A DNA stretch of 64,000 nucleotides from assembly GCA_017499595.2 (NCBI GenBank), contig CM039009.1:930001-994000 (forward strand). The letters run 5' to 3'. Position numbers and translations under genes: made by a program. Below, piece by piece: positions 25,021 through 39,300 of the stretch. Within the stretch, counting starts at the first letter, position 1; each line of letters opens with the position of its first letter. A model generated the notes under the pieces. It saw only the letters and a list, made by a program, of their open reading frames with translations, was not told the origin of the DNA and made no database searches. Source of the DNA: Psilocybe cubensis (Eukaryota).

Positions 25021-26600
25021 TCCCTCTTGTTGGAGCTTTTCTTTCTGCCCGCCGTATTTTTGGGAGCGAGCTGCTTTTGCCTATACTTTACATTGTCATT
25101 CTGCATTTTTATTATTTCCGACCTTTTCCTGGTTTCTTTTTTCCTTTTCAATTCTCGCTCTCGTACCCCCAACTCTGTCGTGTTATTTCTATTTCTGTCT
25201 CCATATCTGTTTCCTTTGTGCCGCGCTGTTTTCTTTTCTGAACCCTTGTATACTAGTTTCGGTTGCACACGAAATCTATACTCCCTTTTTCGCCATGATA
25301 TTTTTCTTGAGTAGCGTTGCTTGCTCGCCTTTCATAGATTGAACATATGGTTGATAAGCCTGTTCTTCATCGCACACATATAATTCCCTTCGATTGGTGG
25401 CCTCTTCCTTCGTCCTATGTATTTTAACTATACCCTATACAAAAATATTACAAGATCTCAAGCATCTTTTTCGCGTACGTGATGTATGTACAAGTTTGAC
25501 TGTTTGAGCCATGTGTTGTTCTTTGTTCGCACCGTCATCATCTGCTAAGCTATGACTATCATAAGGCTTTTAAAATCGTTGTCTTGATTGCTGGTAGTCC
25601 CTTTTGCATGTGAGCTGCGTCGCTGATTCAACATTCTGTTTACAATAGATCTACCAATATTTTACCCAATGGGGACCACACTGGACCAGTGTGCCACAAC
25701 TGGTTCCGGCTCCTTTGAAACCGCTCTATCTCTCTACTGCGCTTCGGCCATGGGGAAAACTGGATCCGAATGACACTGGTCGTACAACTTCCTGGACGAG
25801 GAGCGTATCCCTGGAATCACAACCAACACTCGGTCAAGGCATCGCACCGGCTTGCACTATCTACGGACCCATGCACGGACCCATGCATATGATATGTCAC
25901 CCACCCATCCGCGTTGAGACAAACACAGTCTCCTTGCAATTTTCGGATTGCCCTGGCAGTGCGCTCTAATACCTTTGTTCTTACTATTCTTACTCCACAG
26001 CAGACTTCTTCGGTCAAATAGAGCGTACGCGCCGCCTCCGATCGAACCCGAACTGATAAGAATTCAATACCCCGACCTTGGAATTTCGTGGGCTGCGTTT
26101 GCGCACTGTTGGCTTTTCAGTACGAAAATGGAGTCTGATATTTTTGTGCTCATCCAACACTTGATTCTGCATTCGTTCTGTCGACCACACTTGCGACACG
26201 CTGGAACCATCTCATACCTGAAGACCGATATGCTGCTGCGAGGAAAGTTTGCTTTAAATAATGGCGCCGTTGCGGCATGGGTTGCTACACACTAAGATCA
26301 CCTTGCACGTCGGACGAGTTATGAAAAGATGCGCCCTTCATCTCGATATCTTCAAGCAGAGCCTGAGGCTTCTCTAACAAAATTCTTACAATGATATGTC
26401 AACCGTGTGTCCGACCATTCTCTGTCAACCTTCGTCAATTTTGCCTGTTTCATTTCTCGAGTGGACATAGGGAGGCATGATGTATCTACGATACAGACGC
26501 AGATATAGCTTTTGCAAATGGATAAGAGGGCATATATGGCTTATCTGCTGCTGCTGTAGTACTGACCAGCCCTTTTGATACCCACAACTCGACTGTCAGT

Positions 26601-27136
26601 ATGCTCGTTACCCAATTTTTCCAACTTGCCATTGCTGTCTCGTTCTTTGTGGCCTCCGCCATTGCGGCTACTGCTGCATACCCTAGCGGCTATGCAAAGA
26701 GGGCGATTGAAGGGTACCCAAGTGGCTATGGTAAACGGTCGCTTTCTGAAGCATCTGGCAAGCTTTTATGTCCAATTGGCCACTCCGCCTGCCAAATCAT
26801 TGACCGTGGAGCTGAACTATGGGAATGTGTCGATACTCAGAAGGATCTTGAGAGCTGTAGGTTGACTGTCACTCATTTGCTCATTATCAGAGTGCTCAAG
26901 TCTACCCACAATCAGGTGGCGGATGCATGATCCAATCGTCCTACCTCTTTTCCAAGAAGGATGGCGTCGACTGTACCGCCATTCCAGGCGTCTCTGATGT
27001 ATCCTGCGTAGAAGGAAAATGTGTTGTACGCCGCTGCATGGCAGGATTTTCTATCAACAAATCTGGAGACTCTTGCGTTGAACACATCGAGTCTTCTGTC
27101 TTCATAACTCAACCCGACCTCACCGCAAGTTTCTGA
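26601..27136 (+). CDS. Small secreted PriA/CPL1-like cysteine-rich protein (158 aa); exons 26601-26856 and 26916-27136
   Basis: Signal peptide, two YPSGYxKR repeats, then LCPxGxSAC...WECVDTQKDLESCGGC...GVDCTAIPGVSDVSCVEGKCVVRRCMAGF, the characteristic PriA/CPL1 C-terminal domain. Confidence 0.85.
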
Positions 27137-28018
27137 CAGGACAGCAGTAGGATCAAGAAGCAAATTTCGAATCAGTTGGTCACTATAGGCATTTAGTCTC
27201 TTGAGTACGCATACATCTACGCAAATCTTTCTGTTCCTTTTATATCCCTTTAAACACCTCTTTTTGCTACCTGTTGTGTCCTTCGTTTACTGGACTTTCT
27301 GAGCTGGTCTTGTTTACATCTGTGATGTATTAGATCCAAAGGGATTTTTGAGGTCATTTATTTTGTAACACTTATAGCTACATAACCATTTTGTTCGCAA
27401 GTGACAACGCAGACATGTGTCCGATGTCGGGATTGGATGCGCCCACCTTGGCTGTTACAGTGGAGATCATCACTGGCGCTAATTCCAACTATCAGTGTAA
27501 GTCACTTTGAACTTTAGATGGTGATATTGGTAATCGTCGCGGTCACCAAAGACCTCATGCCGGTAGAGCGTCACGGAGAAGTGGCTGGCTTGAATACATA
27601 TCAAATCCAAAATGTGAGGTGGTTTTCGGACATAGCAACCTATTCAATCAAATAATTTAGGCAAAGCTGAGGTGTCAATCTTGAAAATCGGAAGCTTTGA
27701 ATCTCAAGCTTGCCTGGGATAATCTATACATACTTAGACCCCTCACATTCAGGTACGATGATCTTTTCAACCTGCCAAAAAGGGCTCAAGGGAGGTTGGC
27801 CAGCGGTTGAGGTTGTCAGCCTTGGCTGACTTCAAGTTAACTGAGATAATCATACGACAATCTATCGAAATGTTCATTCCTTCATCAAATCCATTTTGTT
27901 TCATTGATAAGTCTGTGATCATAATCCTCGCCGTAACTGTGAACAGCGTTGTTCATGCCAATATGCATAATTTAAAGGCCTATATGTCTTAATAAACATA
28001 CGATACCAAATTTTAAAG

Positions 28019-29175
28019 CTACACCGACGATAATTTCCTCTCGCTAATCAAAAGAGCCTGAGTCAAATTGACGATCGACAAACAATTGTACTTACCCATT
28101 ACCATTCCCAAGTAAGTCTTCGAACTTGCGGCGAAGATCATCGATCCTGGCATCTAGATCTGAGTCTGACTTATGGCCGTGATCCATCTGAAAAGCCTCG
28201 CATTCTCGAATGAAATGATCAAGATCCTTCACACGAGCTATGGATAGCTCTGGCTCGTTTGAACCACGCGTTCTAGCGAGATAGGATGCGACGAGGGTTG
28301 AAATACCTCCTAACATAATCAGATAAGCTTTTGAACGAAAAAAAGAGTGTCCTACCGAGAATTGATGTCGCAATCTGCGCCTACAAAGCAAAGCAAAGTA
28401 AATTTCCATAGAAGTATGAAAAGACGAAAAAAAGCATGCCTGGTGTCCGGTGGTAGCTGCAGACAACCCAGTTGTCAACGCACCCAACAAAACCTGCAGA
28501 CCAATCGCCGCGTTCAGCAGGAATCCCGTAACCTTAGCTTTGGCAGTGTATTTCTCCTGAGCAACTCTCGCAGAGACGAGGGTAGGTTCCAGACGCTCGC
28601 CCGCCGTCTTAATTCTTGGAGCCTGTACAAAATGGGATCTCGAAGTTAATATAGAGAAATAGTCCATAGTATGATATTACCGATTGTGTATTGAATGAGC
28701 TTCTGGTTAGTCTTCTGGTATCTACGTCCTCACTGAGGGGTCTGGATAGTCTACGAGTGCTGAGGGGCGCTGCACGAGGGTCCGGATGATTGTCTCCAAG
28801 CGGTACTATTTTCTCGGGTACTGGTGGCAAATCCTGCTCTGTAGATCGAGATCCACCAGAGTTTGCATCCCGGTCATGAGCGAATGATACTGGGGATTGT
28901 GTGAATCGGGGAACTTCGAGATGCGTCTCTGCAGGAGGAATCGGAGAGGGTCTTGGGCTGAGTATCGAGGATGGGGGTAAAGGTGGTTCTGCATTATTGA
29001 AGTTTGAAGGATTTGCGGTAGTCTCGAGAACGCCAGTGCTTGATGGTTGAATCTCCGTGACGGGTTGGGGTGGACTCGTGGAAGCCTGATTCTGTTGAAG
29101 TCCTACTTGGTTGGACTCTTTACTTGCTGGTACTTCCAAAGTAACAGGTGGAAGTCGACTAGTATAGTCATCCAT
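28019..29175 (-). CDS. Fungal SLATT (SMODS- and SLOG-associating 2TM) domain protein with a Pro/Ser-rich N-terminus
   Basis: LNAAIGLQVLLGALTTGLSA (TM1), GGISTLVASYLARTRGSNEPELS (TM2 plus conserved motif), DLDHFIRECEAFQMDHG; short last exon ERKLSSV*. Confidence 0.75.
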
Positions 29176-31027
29176 GGTGTTCGCACTTCGTCCCTACAAG
29201 TAGGGAACCATAGAGAATATAAAGAAAGGCAGTAACGCTGGGTTAAGAACAGACGCTCATATAGATTCGACAGACGCTACGCAGGCCTACCATGCTCGCG
29301 CCTGGCGGTCGGCTTCGGACTTCGACGAGGCGAGAACGTGTTCATGACGGTACCACTTAACCTACGGCTTCAATTTGAGGCTTGGTGGCCAATCTCCTGT
29401 GGTCTTCCAGAGGCCATCAACGGAATTTTGGCATCATTACGCCTGGCATGTGTAATTGGGCCCAGTCCTTTGGCAGAGAACCGAGACAGAGAAGCATCGT
29501 TCAAATCAAGGAGAGCTAGAAGATCTGTTTTGAGTAAATCCCTTTAATTTGCATGAGGCTGAGGGACACACCTGATGAAATGCTTCGAAGTCACGCAGTT
29601 CTGGTGCTTATATCTTTTTGGCAATTGCCGTCAACTTGATATCGACGACCACCATGGATGCTACCACGATGCTGCTCGATGATTTTCATCTTTTATTTTA
29701 CACGACTCTGAACTCTATTTCGAAAGTATACCGTATCGCACAGCGAACCTGATATCCCAACAAGTCCTGTGGTACGATTTAGACGTTCAAGTATCATGAA
29801 CTATCTCCCGGTTCCGCGTACAATTTGGGATGCGGTGGGCCATTGGAAACTTTTTCATGTGGATTGTGAGAATTGACTTTATTAATGATACCTTGCGTTG
29901 CTTGAAGGCTAAACTCTTGCCTGCGCCGTCCCACTCATACATTGTCGGTTCCATCATTTTCTCGAAAACGTCCAATGATCCTCTCTTTTGGCTGGCTGAA
30001 CAGATTCTCTTTGACCCACTCGTTTTTATCAATACCGATATCCTCTCTGCATTCCTGGGCATCGCGTTCGCCGAAGCACCGTGGACCCACCCAATCCTGC
30101 CTCGAAACTTGACACTAATAAAGATTTCTCGGAATCTGGGCACATTCAGACACTTTCAACTCCTAATCCCTGTGCATAATCATACTTCACAGGTCGCTTC
30201 CCTGTAGCAGGTCACAGCGTAAAGCAACCGCTTAGGAGAGCTTCAGGTAACGGCGCCAGCGAACACTGTAAGATTCCAACATCTTCCATGATGCTTATTC
30301 CGAATCAGCGACAACTGGATCTACGGTAACAGGCCACACATTCCATTCTATCGGGCCAAATACAAATTGTGCTGACGACGATTATCCTGTCGTCGTCGTG
30401 AGTCGTCGTGAGTACCTAACCACGACATTCATTACCCTTTGTTAACCTTCGCAATTATCTTTAGTACAATGGAAACGATGTAAGTAATCGAGCGATCTGA
30501 TGTTCATTTTATATATCTAAAAACATGTTTCCCAGTTTCAATAGCTTAATGAACTCCTTTCTCTTGACTACGGGTAGTGGCCGCTCACTCACACAGGCCA
30601 CTTCAATGATGTATATTTAATGTAGGCCTTACACATATTGCAGGCTGCACGAGGCGGCTTCATTCGTATCACACGGTAAACGTGCCCAAACTTTTGAATT
30701 TCATTTCACTGGAATATTTGATTACTTGGTTCAAGTCCATTAAAGAATATATCATATATTTCGAATGCTAATATTATGCAACACAAGGAAACGGGCCTCA
30801 ACATCTACATTTCCAGAACAATCTTTTTTACAGGACAGATTGACTCGGAACATAGCCAGATCAAGGCCATTTAGTTCAACTCAGCGTACAACGACTATGC
30901 TATCCAGAGTACAGTGCCACCTAACTATGCACCTTTAAATAAAAGGGCCCTTCCCCTAGTCATTTGTATATCCTCTTGACATTTGCTCGCTTTGCCCCAC
31001 ATTTCAAAAGCTCTTCCTTGCCTCAAA

Positions 31028-32069
31028 ATGTCACCATTAAACGTCACAATGTCGAATTCATCTTCCCGTCTCGAATCCGCCACTCTCACTGACGGTGCCC
31101 AAACGCGAGACCGTCTTCTCATCCTGAACAAAGTGATAGACTTAGCAAAACTTTGTACTAACTACATTAACGATCATGAAAAAAACGAAGCGGCGACGGG
31201 GCACGACAGTGCTTTGGTTGTCTCCAAGATAGTGGCGGAAACTTTCGAAGTGTTTCCCACTAATTTCAATTCACCTGTCGATCCATTAAGCATATTGTAA
31301 GTCTTCTGTACTCTTAACTCTTGGCTCTATGTATTAAAATAATGGTTGAGGGATAAACTGTCGACGAAGGTCAACTTGATGCAGAGGTATGTCATAATTT
31401 GGTATAGAATGTCCATAAAATTCAAGTGTCTAAATACTTCCTCTTTTAGCCAATTTGGTGCTTCTGTGCCCCTAGATAATGTATCAGACGTGGCAGAGAA
31501 GTTCTCCTTTAAGAAGGAGGACCTAAAAACATCAAAGTGGGCACGTAAAGCCCATCGGAACGAGCCTTCAGCAGCATTCGACTCGATTCCCGACGTGCCA
31601 TTGAGAATACAGGGAACGGTTGACAAGAGGAAAAGAAAGGCTGATGGTGTGTACTTTCATTGTAATAATTACTTCTAATATTTACTATGACACTACAGAT
31701 ATTGGATTGATTGAAGTCAATGGGGTTGATCAAGGTGAGTAAAAGTTGTTTTTATTTCAATTCGAACTCGAACAATTAATCAATTTTCATTCAGACCCTG
31801 TTCCAGAGCAGCTATCCACTGCTGCACCGACGTACAGGATCATAGTCCCCAGCAATAGGGTAAGCAATATACCTGACTCGGACGAAGCGACACCAGTTGC
31901 CGCGTCAAGTTCTAGTGATCCCAAAAAGCGATTGCATGACGAAGAACTATCAGGAAAAGAAAATGAAGCGGAAGCACCCGTGAAGAAGCGTTCAAAAAAA
32001 CGCAAAGGGCCTCTGATATTCAGAGAAGGGTCGCGAAAGTCGAGTAGAAAAAAGAAGACGCCGGAATAA
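31028..32069 (+). CDS. Hypothetical protein with a basic, NLS-like C-terminus, about 5 exons
   Basis: ORFs 30983, 31346 and 31746 can be joined through GT-AG introns (one atypical GAG acceptor); no family recognised. Confidence 0.5.
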
Positions 32070-32401
32070 ACCGAAGTACTCGATGTCCTCGATCCATTTG
32101 TATATCATGTTTATTTTAAGTTATTCTCTTATTGTCGTAATGTGGTACTGTCGTGGAAAAGTATTCAGTCTCTCATGAATTGTGTGGTCAGTGGCGCCTA
32201 TTCATAGGCGCTCATCGTAGGGCAGACTGAAATCTCCTTTGATGTCAACATTTAGACGGTGAGAACTGAAAATTTTCTTGGGATACTCCTTTACGCCCCG
32301 GGAAGAAATGAATAGGGATATAAAGTAGTTTCAAAGATTGCCCGGTCTGTATTTTTACCTCATAATGAGTTTTCTCACAGAACTAAAATACCCCGTTTCG
32401 T

Positions 32402-33669
32402 TCAACTTGAAAAACCAAGTCCATCCTGCAACCATTGGATAATTTGCGGCGTTAAATCACCAGGCGTCACATTTGACATAAAGTCGAGGTATTGGTCGTT
32501 GTGGACTCCATTCTTGTGGACGATAGTGGTCACGACAGACCTGTCATCGCGCGTCGACGAAAGCTTCCGTGCAACCTCCAGAACATCATCTCGCAAGCAC
32601 TCGTTCTCACCAACCGTAATAAGGATCCTTTGCACTGAGCAGTCAATTCCTTCGAACCAGCCTTCCGGAGCCTTCAGAGCTTCTAAGTATGCCTGCGTGG
32701 TTGAGGATACGGAGGGCAGAGACTGTTGGCCTAGGTATGCCCATGCAGATGCTGGCAGAACATCTTTATCGCTGTTCGCGGCATGGGATCCCGAGTCTGC
32801 AGTTAAGGTGACCCATGGAGACATTATGCAAGCGCTCGCAAATTGAATGCCCTTGGGAAGGAGCGGTACGCCTGGTACCGGGTGAAGGATGTGGGAAAAG
32901 AGTTGAAGGATCAATGCCCCTCCTGCAGATTCACCCGCCATTTGGATGTTCTCGGGTTTAACCCCCTTTGAAATAAGGTGTTGAACGGCAATTACTGTCT
33001 GTTTGAGCTGAGTAGGAAAATAGGCTGTTGGAATGAGAGCTGAGTGGATTGAAGTTAAAAGACCTCAAATAATTTATAACAGTTTACAAGACGTACAATA
33101 GTTCAAAGCCACAAATCCAATATTCTTATTCGTCCTGTTTCTCAATTCCTCAATTGTGTATTTCCAAAAGGACGCTGCAAAATCCTGTAAAGGGAGACAA
33201 TATGTGCCGCCTACAGAGAACGTCGATACATGCGATATTTCACCAAGGATGATGGCGTACCATGAACATAGAAAACAATATTTTCGAATTGCCGTTCTCC
33301 AAACCAAAGCAGTCGTGTATCGTCGTCCAGTTCATCAATAACTATGGGCAAGGAATTGGCCTTGGCAAACTTTCTGTAAACATCCAGAGTCGTTCCCATA
33401 AGATTCTGCATCTGGTTGACACTCAAAGACGAACTGATGTATCTGAACGAAGCATCGCCCAGAACGCGCTGCCATCGTTTGTGTCGCTCAGACGGCAAAA
33501 AATTGAAGATGGCCAGGCGATAGAGAGTTATCAGTGCTGGAAGAAGATAATCAGACTTCCGCATCATCGATACAATAAAACCCCACTTACGCAGAGGAAA
33601 CAAGACGACAAGAGTATATATTCGTTCCCACCAGGAAATAAAGCCATAACGTCTGGTTTGGATCGCCAT
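32402..33669 (-). CDS. Alpha/beta-hydrolase of the HSL-like class (Say1/Mug180 steryl deacetylase-like)
   Basis: FYVHG-GTY oxyanion motif, GESAGG nucleophile elbow, SPWV, GENECLRDD and GVHND catalytic His region. Confidence 0.85.
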
Positions 33670-34344
33670 TGTAAATGATATGGTTGGAAAAGCTGCTCAA
33701 AAGCAAGGATGCAATTTATTACCAACATCCAAGCACCCAGCATCCATGTATCAGGCAATAAAATGGATCACAAGACATGATGTATATCAATGTAATAGAT
33801 GATGTAGGAGGTTGAATGGTGTCCGGTCTGACAAAGCGGTCTTTCGATTAGGTATCGGAAGAAAACGGGAGGCTAAATGCACGACAATATAGGGTCCTGC
33901 GTATAAGTAAGTACATTTGTTCGTCAAGACGGTACGAAAACAAGAGGTACCACAGAAGATGACCTTCTGGGATTGGCCACAAAAGGTTCGCAGATACATG
34001 TATGGGTGGCGAGTATGCTATACACACAGAAAGCTAAGACAGCAGGATGGACGACAGACACAGCGGAAGAGGAGGGATTGCAGTACATTCAGGCGTGATA
34101 AAAAGTTGGCGGGCAATAAAATAGGTATCTACCGTAAGCTAAGAAATATAATGAAAAAGACAGACTACGGGTGTTCCAGGCAAGACATATACCCGGAGGC
34201 GCCATAAGCCGACTACCCAACATGGACGCGGCAAACAATATGCAATGCGCAAAGAAAACATTTGGTGCGTTGGGTTTACTTTTAGGTCAAAATTGGACAA
34301 AGGACAGCGAGTAGAGGGATCAAGAGGCTGCAGGCATTATTCAA

Positions 34345-36038
<1,694 letters not shown>

Positions 36039-36382
36039 GATGATATTAGTGAGTTCATCGGGATTCAGTGTGAGGACCGGATTTGGTCACTCGGACGTTG
36101 CCGCGCGGACCTTTAAAGTTTTGGAGGTGTTGGAAGCCCCTAATTCATGCTTATCTTTGCCCACCGTCGAGCCAGATATCGCGTTCCACAGTCTCTACTC
36201 ATCGTCTGACCCACTCAGAGGCTCTCAAATACACCTCCGAAGACCAACTTGAGGACTGAACTCCTATAACGACCACCGAAAACAGTGTCGCCAAGACTAT
36301 CGGGAAAACTAAAGCAATTTACTTCCTTGATAGAGAGATAACGCTAAACCAACCAGAACGCGCCCGAGCATCTCAACATATA

Positions 36383-39300
36383 ATGAATGATGATGAAAGT
36401 GTCATCGACGACTCCAGGACCCCAACTGCCCAAAACAATTCCTCGACGTCCATCTCATCGCTCTTGGTCTACATGCAGCGGCGACTATCGGATATAGTTG
36501 GGCCAGACTCGCGCTCGGGTCAAACCAACCTCGTCGGACGCGAAGCAGGATTTAGCATTGACAATGAAAGTCAGAGTGCGAATGTACCCGTTACATTTGG
36601 TGGAGGTTTGGCTCCTTCAGACAGTCCAGTCGATACTCCGGTTGTGGTGAATAATCATGTCAATGAATCGCCTTCGTTACACCGAGCTGGGTGAGTCCTT
36701 TCTTCAAATGTATTCAAGTCTTCGGGAAAGTCCCAGAGCTGCCAACGGGGTGCTGACGTTGTGTTGATGGGTGGATGAGGGCATCGTCTGGGTTGTGTAA
36801 ACGCCATCTGACCTCATACTTGATCGTATTCACAACTGTGACTGCCCCCGTGCTTCTGCACAGTCAGGCGACGGCAGACTCTTCTCGAAATTCCCTCCCC
36901 TGAACTCTTGAATTCGGCGCTCAGTTCCGCCATCTAGTCTCACGCGCACGTTCGCCTTCTTCTTGTTGACATATTCTCGCCTTTCTTTACCCATTCTGCC
37001 TTCATTTACCTGTTATACACTTATAGGCTACTCCAACCGAAATCTTATAATGCACCTTCCTTCCTGTCCAACTCATCTCCGGCCGTTGAGTCCCATCTCC
37101 ACGACAGCGATTCAATTCGTGCTGCGACTCTCGAGCTATCCAATATGCCCTTCCTATCCTCCACAGGAAGCCACGGCGGCGGTGTAGGCTCATTTCGATC
37201 TTTCAACTTAGTACCAGAGCACCCACCAACTCGAGAAGATCGGCCAGGGCCCACTGCAGGAGGATTCATTTTCCCTCAATCCACAACACCACGGTCGTCA
37301 TCTATTTCTGACCTGGGCCTTGAAATGGAACCTGACCAAACGTCGCTCGTGTCGCACAGCTTGGCTTCATCATTCTTGCGCGATTTGCCCTCTTCTGCAA
37401 CCTCTACATCCGGATCAGGGTCTGGTTTAGATTCGTCAATAGCAACCTTACCCCCGGCACCCCCTTCGGATGTATCGGACCACCATCCTGGAGAACAACA
37501 ACCACGGACCTCACCCGAAAAAAGAAAACCATCTGGAATTGCACTTCTTAGGCCTTTAACTTCACGTTCTTCTAGCCTCTCTTCTACGCGCTCCGCAAGT
37601 GGAGAGGCTAGCAAGGCTAAATCTGAGTATCAGCAAAATACACCTACTCAAATCAACGTGATACCGGCTGACCCAACACCAACTGCAACGCCCGTGGGTA
37701 CTCCGCGCCCTCAAGCGCAACAGCCTCTGCCAACACCGAATCGCGTGCATTGGCGCAGTCCCACATCCTTGGCACGACCACTAGGGCCCTCACCCTCTCA
37801 GTCATACTCCACAACACAACAACATGCCGATGAAAGTACCCCCTTGCTCCAGTCACAACATCACCGCGTGTTATCAGATTCAGAAAGATCTGGCTCCAGC
37901 ACACCTGATTCCGCTTCGCCACCGCCTAAGCATAGGTTCTTGAACGGGCATATTCAAAGGCACGAAGGTGGTATTTCAGGCGATGAAGAGGAAGCTTGGG
38001 GCCCGCGAACCTTTTTTGAAGGCACGAGCCCAAAATTTGACTTACACTTGGCTAAACCTAGGCTGCATGTTACTGTGAAGGAATTGAAGGCGAAAGTGAA
38101 AGCGGAGGTAGTGAAAACCCCAGAACATGCGCGCACAGCTGTGAAAGCCATTCCCGCCGTCCTGTTAGGATGCTTGCTGAACATTTTGGATGGTGTTTCC
38201 TGTGAGTTTTTCTTTTTGCCGTTCTCGTCTATTTTTGGTGGATCGTGAATTAAATTGGTGTCGAGATGGTTCTTTGATTATGATCACTTTAAGTCATCTT
38301 TGGGGTGCTTGACTTTTATCACGAGGACATGTTTTCAAAGTTCCGTTGAATGACCCTAAAGGGATATTCGACTTCCTTTTTCGCGAGCTGCTGCTTTTGA
38401 TTCTCTTGAAAGTAATGTGATGAAGCTGATCATAACCTCCAATACCCATAGATGGCATGATCATCTTCCCAGCAACTGGCGTATTTGCGGATCTAGGACC
38501 AATGGGTGTTTCGATGTTCTTTGTATCCGCCGTTGTGTCGCAATTGGTTTACACGTTTGGAGGTTCCGGCTTCGCAGGTGCAAATGGAAGTATGATGATT
38601 GAGGTTGTGGTGAGTGAATTCTGCTAACTTCTCATAGTAGCGATACTCAACCTTTTTGCGCCTTTTTTGCGCCATCTGTAGCCATTTTTCCATATTCTTG
38701 CGACGAGCATCGCCAGCGAGATTGGCGAGGATCAACCTTTGGCGATCGTAGCCACAACCCTCGTCGCTTATGCTTTCAGTTCAATACTTACAGGTTAGTT
38801 TTGAATGTAACTGCGACCGTGAGCTTTGACGAAATTATCTCCTCATATTACTAGGCCTTGCATTCTTCTTGCTTGGTGCTTTGAAATTAGGTGTTGTTGT
38901 GGGTTTCTTCCCACGTCATATCTTAGTTGGGTACGTACTGTCACGGTCAAATTACATGGCGATTATACTTTCTGTGTGATCATGTGCCATGGCCAGCTGT
39001 CCTCCTTTCTGACCCTTGTCATTTTGCTGTTCCGCAGGTGTATCGGTGGTGTTGGCGCATTCCTTATTGAAACAGGGTAAGATCCAGACTATGTATTCTT
39101 ATGCATACATCTTGCTCTGTCCTTCGTCATCTCCCCTTGAATCACGGCAGTTATCTAACATATTTTTATTAGCTTGACTGTTTCCATGCGTATATCGGAG
39201 GAAGATTTCACCATGTCCTGGGAGACAATCCAATTTATGTTCTTGGATAGCCATAATTTAATTCTCTGGACTCTTCCTCTGGCGCTCGCTATTATTCTCA

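Noticed and set aside
25010..25342. Hydrophobic Phe/Cys-rich ORFs after EPL1
   Set aside because: Artefact of a pyrimidine-rich 3' UTR.
29654..30900. Exon-like fragments with a Kozak-context ATG at 29654 and several GT-AG sites
   Set aside because: Could not be assembled into an uninterrupted frame; possible pseudogene or orphan, unsupported.
32194..32211. Perfect small hairpin GCGCCTAT-TC-ATAGGCGC; similar small inverted repeats near 7449, 27692 and 53527
   Set aside because: Isolated short inverted repeats are expected by chance in 64 kb; no supporting context.
36692..37026. Long first intron of the VSB1-like gene with GATGA...CTGA
   Set aside because: Poor C box, spacing too short and no recognisable rRNA guide.
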